A DNA stretch of 24,722 nt from Octopus sinensis (Eukaryota): assembly GCF_006345805.1 (NCBI RefSeq), contig NW_021836197.1, positions 1 to 24,722 of the forward strand, written 5' to 3'. Positions within the stretch are counted from its first letter, which is position 1. Each line of letters opens with the position of its first letter. Position numbers and translations under genes: made by a program. The notes under the pieces were generated by a model, which did no database searches, had not been told where the DNA came from, and was given only the letters and a program-made list of their open reading frames with translations. Positions 1-9,537 of the stretch are shown here, piece by piece.

Positions 1-45
1 CATACATACATACATACAGACATAAAACATACATAATATATATAT

Positions 46-335
46 GTTGGGCGAAGTCATTTGACCCTGTTATCTCCCCTATTTTCGCTCTTGCGTCTCA
101 CGTGTGATCTCTGACTTCTGGCCAGAATCAGATCGCCATGTTGAATCGCTAGCTTCTGCACGCATTTTTTTCTCTCCTTGTTTCTCTCCGTGTTTCTTTT
201 CTGTGTATCTTTCTGTTGAGAGCGTAGGCTCGAAACGTAAAAGACTTGTTTTATTATATTCCTGAGCGCCATACTAATACAATTGTGTTTGTACTCTAAC
301 TGCCTTCGTCTTTTGTTTATTTTCATAAAGCTTCC
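46..335 (+). mobile_element. Penelope-like element terminal repeat (pLTR) remnant, family A, copy 1
   Basis: Shares the block TTTCTGT..AGCGTAGGCTCGAAACGT.AAAGACT...GAGCG...ACTAATACA...CGTCTTTT with 975-1175 and carries a minimal hammerhead fold at 208-244. PLE assignment follows from the known association of minimal type-I hammerheads with pLTRs. Confidence 0.6.
208..244 (+). ncRNA. Minimal type-I hammerhead-ribozyme-like motif (core CUGUUGA)
   Basis: Helix I TCTTT(208-212)/AAAGA(240-244); core CTGTTGA(213-219); helix II GAGC-GTAG-GCTC(220-231); GAA(232-234); palindromic helix III ACGT(235-238); GUA triplet, predicted cleavage after 239. A6 is replaced by U. Confidence 0.65.
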
Positions 336-356
336 CGTTATATATGTATATATATA

Positions 357-387
<31 letters not shown>

Positions 388-417
388 CATATATATACAT
401 ATATACACACATATATA

Positions 418-717
418 TCTATACATATAAAACTGAAGTTGTGTGGTGTCTGTCTCCTACGATTTAGATTCCTAACTACTCCCACATTTTGCGGTGCAGT
501 TTAACCAAAAAGCGGGTATCTTATAGTCGTGATTCATATCGAGCCCTTCTGGGTATTATCGCGCGTCTACGATGAGTCTACGATTTAAAAAAATTTACCA
601 TCATTTTTTTCCATTTTTAATGCATTTTTTGCTATCATATAAGGGAAGTAACTCTCTAAAAATGCTTATATAGTTATTTCCCTTACAAACCCGAGCAACG
701 CCGGGCGATACTGGTAG
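418..717 (+). mobile_element. Non-autonomous Helitron, 300 bp
   Basis: Begins A|TCTATAC; GC-rich hairpin CCCG-A-GC-AAC-GC-CGGG at 690-705; ends GTAG|T (CTAG mutated) 8 nt later; A|T target inside (TA)n; both ends match 18153-18527. Confidence 0.75.
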
Positions 718-727
718 TATATATATA

Positions 728-974
728 GGCACCACAGTGTCTGTGCGGTAAAAAGCTTGCTTCCGAGTTCACTTCCGGGTTCACTTTGGGAAAGTGTCTT
801 CTACTATAGCCTCGGGCAGACCAAGGCCTTCTGAGTAGATTTGCTAGACGGAAACTGAAAGAAGCCCGTCCTATATATATATATATATGTCTATGTTTGC
901 GTGTCTGTCCCCACCATCGTTTGACAACCGATTTTGGTGTGTTTACGTCCCCGTAACTTAGCGGAACGGCAAAG
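728..974 (+). mobile_element. tRNA-derived SINE, internally deleted and 3'-truncated (same family as 12834-13251)
   Basis: Matches the other copy (GGTAAAAAGCTTGCTTCC, CTTTGGG.AAGTGTCTTCTACTATAGCCTCGG, GGAAACTGAAA). The B-box region is partly deleted and the tail is absent. Confidence 0.8.
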
Positions 975-1170
975 GTGTAACCCATATGTCCGGCATTCGC
1001 CTTGTTAGATCACTAGCCACTAAACCTGTTTCTATTTTCCCTCCCTGTTTATTTCTGTGTTCCTTTCTGTAGAAAACAGCGTAGGCTCGAAACGTTAAAG
1101 ACTTTCTCACATCCCGAGCGTTAAACTAATACATCTATTTGTTGTTTACACATCCGTCTTTTTTAAATTC

Positions 1171-1175
<5 letters not shown>
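975..1175 (+). mobile_element. PLE pLTR remnant, family A, copy 2, with degenerate hammerhead at 1063-1100
   Basis: CTTT-CTGTAGA-AAAC-AGC-GTAG-GCT-C-GAA-ACGT-T-AAAG; homologous to 208-244 but helix II is disrupted. Confidence 0.55.
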
Positions 1176-1212
<37 letters not shown>

Positions 1213-2266
1213 GTGGCCCTGTTCATAGTGGCCCTTTCAGACATGCCTTCAGTTGCTACGATGGCCACTCTTGCTAGCTATGCAGATGACACAAAAGTCT
1301 CCCACACAATACAAAACCCTGAAAATACAGCGCATCTGCAACAGGAGTTGGATACAATATACAGATGGGCTGAGGACAACAACATGCAGTTTAATGCAGG
1401 TAATTTCCAGGCCCTGCGCTACCGGCACACAAAGGCAAACGACGTGCAGACTGGATACACTGGCCCAGGAAGAATTGCAATCTCTGAGTCAAAACCAGTA
1501 CGTGACCTGGGCATTGACATGAGCAATGATGCATCTTTCCAAGTGCATATTACTAATCTGGTGATAAAATGCAGACGGCTAGCTTGATGGATTCTCCGAA
1601 CTTTCAGAACAAGAGAGAAGGAGACACTGATGGTCCTCTGGAAAACATTCGTCCTCAGCCGCTTGGACTACTGCTCCCATCTATGGTCACCACACACTAT
1701 AAAACTAACAGCAGAACTCGAAGCAATTCAAAGAAGCCACACAAAGAAGATAGTCTCAATGCAAAATATCAGCTACTAGGAAAGACTGAAAGTATTAAAC
1801 CTCTTCTCCCTAGAGCGGAGGCGGGAGAGATATGCGGTGATATACAACTGGAAAATCCTGGAGGGTCTTGTCCCAAACTTTGGCATTCAAAGTTACACCA
1901 ACCGCAGAACGGGGCGCCACTGCATGCTGCCAAAGATTCCAACATCACCATCAAAATACGGGTCCAGATACTGCAACAGCTTGGGTTTTAGAGGACCACA
2001 GCTCTTTAACATTCTCCCTAAATGTCTGAGAGACTTACATGGTGTGGATGTGGGTTTCTTTAAAACTAAACTGGATCTCTTCTTGTCGGGGGTCCCAGAT
2101 GAACCTACCTCACGACAGGAGACACAGATGCGGGCAGAAGCATCAAACTCCCTTGTTGATCAAGTGCCACGTATCAGAGGTGGATTCACATATTAGTGTA
2201 GCTCATTCATCGGTGGTGCCCCAGCATGGCCGCGGCCTTCGGGCTAAAACATTTTTAAGGATTTAA

Positions 2267-2270
<4 letters not shown>
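1213..2270 (+). mobile_element. 5'-truncated CR1/L2-group LINE (RT C-terminal part and 3' UTR), pseudogenised
   Basis: One frame 1213-2196: YADD (1279-1290), LQQELDTIYRWAEDNNMQFN, RDLGI, SRLDYCSHLWSP, ERRRERY, PQLFNILP, PDEP, NSL. In-frame stops at 1585-1587 and 1777-1779. Tail of TTTAAGGA repeats; (TA)n on both sides. Confidence 0.93.
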
Positions 2271-2318
<48 letters not shown>

Positions 2319-2319
2319 T

Positions 2320-2640
2320 AAACAAGACTATTAAGGACTGTGACTTCGAAGTTCTGGAGAGCTAAGCCATCGTCTGACTGTCGTACATTGAAATTAATCT
2401 TGGCTTCATAAGTCTTTGTGGAGTTAAAGTCTTCTTTGTGGGTGGGAGTATCAGTGGAGTGGTAATTAAGTTGTAGTGTGGGTTGAGATGGAGAGGTGTT
2501 TTGGAAAAATTTCTATTAAGTTTGGTGTTAGGTTATTGTTCAGATCTTATTCATGTCCGTAGAACGTTATAAGTAGGGGTGTATATTTGGGAGTATCAGT
2601 TTCAGGTCATGGGTTTGTCTTTTCTTAATGGTTCCCAAAA
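2320..2640 (-). mobile_element. PLE 3' remnant, family C: possible GIY-YIG C-terminus followed by hammerhead-like motif
   Basis: Minus 2552-2515 reads E*DLNNNLTP-(frameshift)-KLN, fitting the E-x6-L-x-P-x-LN spacing at GIY-YIG ends. Degenerate hammerhead at 2382-2336, homologous to 20146-20192. Confidence 0.45.
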
Positions 2641-3179
2641 AGGATGTAGACAGGTATAGTAAGTTTTTTAGTCAGATAGGAAGTTTTTTTAGTCAGTGGC
2701 ATAATTATTAATAATGCCACTTTCCCTTCCATGAATTTATAGATATTATATGGAAAGCAAATAGAAAATGTGTTTCTCGCACGTGAGTAAATGGGAAAAT
2801 AACTTGTTCTGCATATGATCATTGATTAGCTGAATGCATGCCACCAATTCAAACTCGTTTCCTGCAACCAACTAAAAGTCGATGCATTCTTGACTGATCG
2901 TTTAGGTAAAAATTCCTGCTGAAATTCTGATACGCTGTTTCCATACACCAATCGTTTGAACGATCGGTAACGTAAAACATGGAGTTACGATTCAAGGAAT
3001 ATAAACTTGCAATAAAATACGTTCTGGTGTTGCATTTCCCAACAATGGAAGACAATCAGGGACATCACTCTATCTCTCCGTTGCGACGGAGAGAAGAACA
3101 TCGAACATCGCTCACAAGAAGAAATATATTGACAAATACATCGGTATTCATGCATGTACATATTCATGTTTATACGGAT

Positions 3180-3323
3180 ATTGTATGTATATATATACAC
3201 ACAGACGCAAAGGCATACACACACACACAGAGGCACGCACACATATGTATGTATATGTATGTATATATATATTATATAAATATATATATAATATAAATAT
3301 ATATATATATATATATAAATATA

Positions 3324-3354
<31 letters not shown>

Positions 3355-3407
3355 ATATATGTATATTATGTATATATATATATAGTATATATATATATGT
3401 ATATATG

Positions 3408-3448
<41 letters not shown>

Positions 3449-3608
3449 GTACTTATGTATAAAAGTGTTGCAAACTGGTCGTATATGTCAGTGGCTGCTT
3501 ACATAAATACAGACACACATATACATACATATACCTACATACAACATAACATACATACATACATACATACATACCCATACATATATACATACCTATAAAT
3601 CATATATA

Positions 3609-3648
<40 letters not shown>

Positions 3649-3740
3649 TATATATATAATATATATATATATATAAGCATCCACACATACATGTAAGAAT
3701 ATGGTTCTGCGTATATATACACACTTATGTACATACATAA
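3180..3740. repeat. Compound (TA)n/(TACA)n microsatellite
   Basis: Direct inspection. Confidence 0.9.
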
Positions 3741-3866
3741 GAAATTCATGCACTGTCCTTTCACATACAAAAACCCAAACAGAAAACGAAATAAAACGAG
3801 AATAACGCCTTTAGATAAATCATGACAAATTCTACATTGGTTGTGGCAGTGTCAGGAGACACTCTC

Positions 3867-3868
<2 letters not shown>

Positions 3869-3926
<58 letters not shown>

Positions 3927-3942
3927 GCGCACACACACACAC
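3869..3942. repeat. (CA)n microsatellite
   Basis: Direct inspection; one CTCGCG interruption. Confidence 0.95.
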
Positions 3943-4119
3943 ATGTACGTGACATAATGCCTCGCTGCTAATCTTCCTCACTTGGATTAGAGTAATACAA
4001 CAGCAACAACAGCAACAACATCATTCGAATTGTATCGATTGATTGGTTGATTGTCACGTGTCCACTGCGACAACCTGACCGGACTGTCAACGTATATAAT
4101 TGATAGTCTCATCGTTATT

Positions 4120-4182
4120 CATATATTTCATTGACTTGTTTCGGTCATTTTCGACTGCGGCCATGCTGGAGCACCGCCTTTG
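4120..4182 (-). mobile_element. SINE/LINE 3' tail fragment
   Basis: Minus strand reads GGCGGTGCTCCAGCATGGCCGCAGTCGAAAATGACCGAAACAAG, matching 13184-13225 and the LINE tail at 2212-2250. Confidence 0.75.
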
Positions 4183-4355
4183 AGACCGCAACCTGTTCAC
4201 TGACAAGATGCAGTACGAAATTTTGTCAGTGAACAGGTCGCGGTCTGAAAGCGACGAAAATATTTTGACAAATTAAATTTAAATGTTGAAGTGAATTTAA
4301 CGGTTTTTGTGTGTTTCTTAAATGGCTTATAAACACCTTCCACGCTGCAATTGTT

Positions 4356-4357
<2 letters not shown>
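4183..4357 (+). mobile_element. PLE-like pLTR remnant, family B, with inverted partial duplication
   Basis: 4183-4208 is the reverse complement of 4221-4246. Hammerhead-like fold at 4222-4272. Confidence 0.5.
4222..4272 (+). ncRNA. Type-I hammerhead-like motif with G3:C8-swapped core (GUGAACA)
   Basis: Helix I TTTGTCA(4222-4228)/TGACAAA(4266-4272); core GTGAACA(4229-4235) plus extra G4236; helix II GTCGC(4237-4241)/GCGAC(4251-4255); GAA(4256-4258); palindromic helix III AATATT(4259-4264); H17=U4265. Confidence 0.55.
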
Positions 4358-4389
<32 letters not shown>

Positions 4390-4611
4390 TATATACAGAA
4401 GTACAAACAAAAGTTACAAGCCTCGTTGGTTAGTTACCTATACAAAGAATGTTGAGCATTACAGTAAATACTCAACTGTAAGGTAACTAAATAAACCGTG
4501 GTTTGTATATATCTTTATTTATTATAAATTGATAAGAAAATAGGGAGATAATTAATAAATTATTATTTATTAATTAAAAAAGTTATACATATACCGTTAT
4601 ATCTGTGTCTA

Positions 4612-4616
4612 TACAT

Positions 4617-4678
<62 letters not shown>

Positions 4679-4794
4679 ATACATAAATACGTGCGTACAT
4701 ACATACATACATACATGCCTTCATACATTCATACATACATACATACATACATGCGTACGTACATACATACATACATACATACAACATACATACA

Positions 4795-4825
<31 letters not shown>

Positions 4826-4830
4826 GTATA
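4612..4830. repeat. (TATC)n followed by (TACA)n microsatellite
   Basis: Direct inspection. Confidence 0.92.
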
Positions 4831-4834
4831 TCTA

Positions 4835-5507
4835 TCAGGTTGTCCAGAACGGTCTGAACGTTTTTAAGCTGAGTCTTTAACGCTTCATTGAACACACCTG
4901 AAACGTAACTCACTTAAAACTTTGGCGTTGTTTGAAGTGGCATTGCGTCTCTTCTTTTGTTCCTGACTAAAAATAAATTTATCTTTCATTCCGGTTTTCC
5001 TTTATTAACATTTGAAATGGATAAACAAAAATTTCATATTCGCATTGTAATGCTTTTCTTTTTTTTTTTTTAAAAAAAAGGAGAAAATGCTGCAAAGACT
5101 TGTAAAATCATTTACGAAGTTTATGGTGATGATGATGATGCTGTAGGTGAATCAACTGTTCGAAGGGGGCTTGCAAAATTTAAAGCTTGGAGAGTTTAGC
5201 TTGGAAGATGACAGTCGCAGCGGAAGACCTTTAAAATTTGGATGAAGATGTTTGAATGGAAAAATCAAAGGAAACTCAAATATCACGACCAGAGAACTTG
5301 CAGAGGATTTTCTATTTCAAAGTACGCTCATGAACACTTAGTGAAGCTAGGGTACATTTCTCGCTATAATGTATGGACCTCTCACAAGCTCTCAGAAAAT
5401 AATTGCTTGGAACGGTATTCCGCTTGTGATATGCCTTTGAAGCGGAATGAAAACACGCCTTTTCTGAAACAACTTGTGACAAGACTAAAAATGGATTGTG
5501 TACGAAA
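4835..5507 (+). mobile_element. mariner transposon, 5' half only (left end and decayed transposase N-terminus)
   Basis: TA|TCAGGTTGTCC left end; ATG at 5017; frameshifted MDKQKFHIRIVMLF..KKGENAAKTCKIIYEVYGDD..AVGESTVR..LEDDSRSGRP..TTRELAE..HEHLVKLGYISRYNVWTSHKLSE..FLKQLVT..KWIVY (WVPHEL- and TGDEKW-like motifs). No right TIR seen. Confidence 0.88.
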
Positions 5508-5509
5508 TC

Positions 5510-6135
5510 CTATCCCCACCGTACAAAGAATTAATCCACCAATTGCTATTTCTGGTTTAGTCATTTACTTAACATCCCAAAGAGATACACAAGCAAAATT
5601 GTTTCATTACAACCATGTTCAACTTTTCCCTTTTTCTTCCTCATGCTCTTCTTCTTTATTTATTCTTCACTCTGATGAAGCTCCATGTTTCTGATCAGTT
5701 TCATTACCAAATATAATAAATATTTTGAGCATATCAGTGGCAATACCATACAGCACTGGAAGCAGAAACAGCTGTTAGACGGGATGCAGTCTATTTGTAT
5801 TGAATTAATAAATAATAATTGATGTAAGTCAATTGTTGTTCATTGATATTTCTCAATTATTTTGTCTTCTTTTAATTTTGATTCTTGATAAACTCATGTT
5901 TATCCTTGTCTTTACCTATAATATTTTGAGCATATCAGTGGCAATACCATACAGCACTGGAAGCAGAAACAGCTGTTAGACGGGATGCAGTCTATTTGTA
6001 TTGAATTAATAAATAATAATTGATGTAGGTCAATTGTTGTTCATTGATATTTCTCAATTATTTTGTCTTATTTAAATTTTTATTCTTGATAAACTCATGT
6101 TTATCCTTGTCTTTACCTATAATTAATGAGCATAA
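5510..6135 (+). mobile_element. Probable PLE pLTR remnant, family D, with partial tandem duplication
   Basis: CTGATGA at 5672-5678 and GAA-ACAGCTGT-T at 5765-5776 joined by a long imperfect hairpin; the 3' 201 bp are duplicated. The 5' boundary is uncertain. Confidence 0.4.
5719..6120 (+). repeat. 201-bp tandem duplication (2 copies, 4 substitutions) plus vestigial third start
   Basis: AATATTTTGAGCATATCAGTGG starts at 5719 and 5920; AATTAATGAGCATA at 6121. Confidence 0.95.
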
Positions 6136-6242
6136 TATATTTGCATATGTATACACATGGTTAAACATAGGTAATATACCGGTAGTGTAATGGATACTTC
6201 TATCCCTTAGACGGTTATTGTAACCTCTAACTCAACTAATTT

Positions 6243-6260
6243 ATACATACATACATACAT

Positions 6261-6293
<33 letters not shown>

Positions 6294-6484
6294 TATATAT
6301 ATTAACATATATATATATATTGATACACATAAATGCATGTATATACATATATACACACACACAAATATATATAGATATATGTATATGTGTGTATATATAT
6401 ATATATATGTATGTATGTAGGTAGGTATGTATATATAAAGAACTTATGATATGCATATATGTATATCAATATATGTATGTATAC

Positions 6485-6558
<74 letters not shown>

Positions 6559-6570
6559 CATACATGTATA
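6243..6570. repeat. (TACA)n/(CA)n/(TA)n compound microsatellite
   Basis: Direct inspection. Confidence 0.9.
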
Positions 6571-7109
6571 TGTCATTCTCAAAGTAACTAAATCATTGTC
6601 TCACCTTCACGTCTTCAATTAGAAGCTTCATTTAGTAACTCGGCTCATCTTCTAGGCTCAGTGGTTCCTCTTAAAAGTCACATGTGAGAAAAGCACATCT
6701 GAACTTATTGCTTTCCACATTTTGATTGAACTGTTCTCAGTTCGTGTAATTTCCTTTTAGCTAAACCCGTCTCCGTTTAATCTCGTTCTTCGTTCTTTTG
6801 GTCACACGTCCGAGGGGAATACAGAAAAAATAGCAATAATAACAATGACAACAACGATACAAACAAGATGACAACAAAGCAAAACCGTAGAAGCAGTAGA
6901 AAATTACAAGCGACACAGAAATGGATGGGAAAACGAAACGAAAAAAATATAAAAACAGGAATCAAGATTAGTTGTAACATTTGACTTGTTTCTAGATTAG
7001 TCACCTCCGTGGATTTACAGGGGGGGGGCGGCGGTAGGGGGTAGGTTAAAAGTCTGCAACATAACGATGTTCATCAGAGAGAAGAATGGAAGATCACAGG
7101 GGAAAAAGA

Positions 7110-7119
7110 TAGAGAGAGG

Positions 7120-7152
<33 letters not shown>

Positions 7153-7380
7153 TGTGGTGAAGATAGGAAGGAAAAGAGAGTGAGAGAAGGAGAGGTAAAG
7201 ATAAGATGGAAGAACAGAGTAGAGAAAGAGTAGAGAAGGCAGAAAAAGAATGAGATTTCAGAATGAATGAGACGCAGAGAAAGACAAATTTCTAGATAGA
7301 TAATGGATGGATAGATACATAGATAGATAGATAGACTGACAGATAAATAGACATAGATAGAGAGATAGATGGATATATGT

Positions 7381-7437
<57 letters not shown>

Positions 7438-7564
7438 ATGTATGTATTATATATATATATATATTATAATATATATTATATATAATATATATATATATAG
7501 TACATTTATATGTGTTGTATATATATATTATATTATTATTATGATTTCCAAGTAAGTTTATCCA

Positions 7565-7606
<42 letters not shown>

Positions 7607-7688
7607 GGATAACATATATACATATATGGATAAACTTACTTGGAAATCTATAATAATATAAATAATATATAATATACACATATATATT

Positions 7689-7736
<48 letters not shown>

Positions 7737-7916
7737 GGTGTGTGTGTGTTTGTGTAAATATAAGAGAGATAGAGAGGGAGAGAGAGATGGATAGATAAAT
7801 GGATAGGCATAAGTAGAATGATAGATAGATAGATGCATATACAAGTTATAGACAAACAGACAAATAAATACATAGATAGACTGATGGATGGACATGTGTG
7901 TGTATAGATAGATAGG

Positions 7917-7957
<41 letters not shown>

Positions 7958-8000
7958 TGATTGATTGATAGATAGATGGATGGATAGATAAATAATCAAT
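7110..8000. repeat. (GA)n, (GATA)n and (TA)n microsatellite block
   Basis: Direct inspection. Confidence 0.85.
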
Positions 8001-8029
8001 CACCAAACTGTCCCAATATACAATCAACC

Positions 8030-8385
8030 ACCCAGTTATCTACCCATCCGACCATCCAGTAACCTAGTCAATTATATAACCAGCCACCCAACCATCCAGA
8101 CAACCACCCACTCAACCACACACACTTAATCATCCGTCCGTCCATCCATCCGTCTATCCATCTGTCCATCCATCCATCCATCCATCCATCCATCTGTCCA
8201 TCCATCCGTCCATCCATCCATCCAACCATCCATCCATCCATCCACCCCCATCCATCCATCCATCCATCCATCCATCCATCCATCTCCAGACAACCAACCC
8301 AAATGCTACACAACCACCTAGCCAAGCAACCAAGGAACTATTCACCAACACAACCAGTTATCCAGCCACCCGATGAACCAACAGA

Positions 8386-8452
<67 letters not shown>

Positions 8453-8480
8453 ACCGGCCAGCCAGCTAACCAGCCAACCA
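8030..8480. repeat. (CCAT)n and (CCAG)n tetranucleotide repeats
   Basis: (CCAT)n about 8130-8285; (CCAG)n about 8385-8478. Confidence 0.9.
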
Positions 8481-8684
8481 GCCAGTGCCCCCCCCGCCCC
8501 ATCTCCATCTCAGCATCGCCGAGTCAATGTTTCGTGAGATTCATGTTGACAGCATTTCAACAGGGACGTGTCTGACATGAGATTGAAACAAGAAAGAAAC
8601 AAAAACAGAACAAAAGAAAATCCGTTGTTGATTGGGAATTAAAATGACACCAGAACAGGACGATCGGTTTGACCATTACTGATT

Positions 8685-8686
8685 CT

Positions 8687-8726
<40 letters not shown>

Positions 8727-9114
8727 AAACAATAACAAATACAACGTCAACAAAAACTACACCAATAACAACAGCAAAAACAACAGGACAAAATATTACT
8801 ACAACTATAACAACAGAGTATCTATACCACCGCCTCCATCACCATTACCATCGCCATCACCACTGGCACCACAATTAATACTACCACCACAACCACCACC
8901 ACCACCACCACCACCACCACCATCTCATCCACTATCACCACCACAACCCACACCACCACAACTACAACCACAACCACCAACACCACCACAACTAACACTA
9001 CAACCACTACCACAATCACCACCACCACCACCACCACCACAACCACAACCAACACCACTACTACCAACACCACCACCACAACCACAACCACCACCACCAC
9101 CACAACCACAACCA
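8685..9114. repeat. (ACA)n then (ACC/ACA)n trinucleotide tract, left of CR1 insertion
   Basis: Direct inspection. Confidence 0.9.
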
Positions 9115-9537
9115 TTTGTCTTATGAAGAAAGGCTGAAGACGCTCGACCTTTATTCTCTAGAAAAACGACGACGCCGTGGTGATCTCATTCTTGCTCACA
9201 ACATCATAAGCGGAAAGTGTAACCTCTCGAAAGAGCTGTTCTTCACTCCTGCTCCAGAGCGTCGGCCGCGGGGTCACTCCGAAAAGCTCTATCTGCGACG
9301 ATTTCATCTCAATCGAAGGAGAGGGGCTTTCTCCTTCCGGGTTGCGGATCCGTGGAATAAGCTGCCGCACGAGATGGTGTAGATGCCGACGACCGCTCGG
9401 TTCAAAGTCTCCCTTGATCACATGTGGCCTGAACTCTTTACATGAACACCACCCTGTACATATCTCCATGTCCCCCTACATGGCCTTGCTTTTTGCTTTT
9501 TGAGCCAAAAAATTAACTAACTAACTAACTAACTAAC
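9115..9537 (+). mobile_element. 5'-truncated CR1-clade LINE 3' end with (CTAA)n tail
   Basis: SYEERLKTLDLYSLEKRRRRGDLILAHNIISG..RGHSEKL..FSFRVADPWNKLP..*MPTTARFKVSLD (CR1 ORF2 C-terminus); one stop at 9380-9382; terminal TGA at 9443-9445; (CTAA)n at 9514-9537. Confidence 0.93.

Noticed and set aside
7040-7077. Minus-strand CTGATGA followed by an ACAT/ATGT stem
   Set aside because: No GAAA after the stem and no helix I/III.
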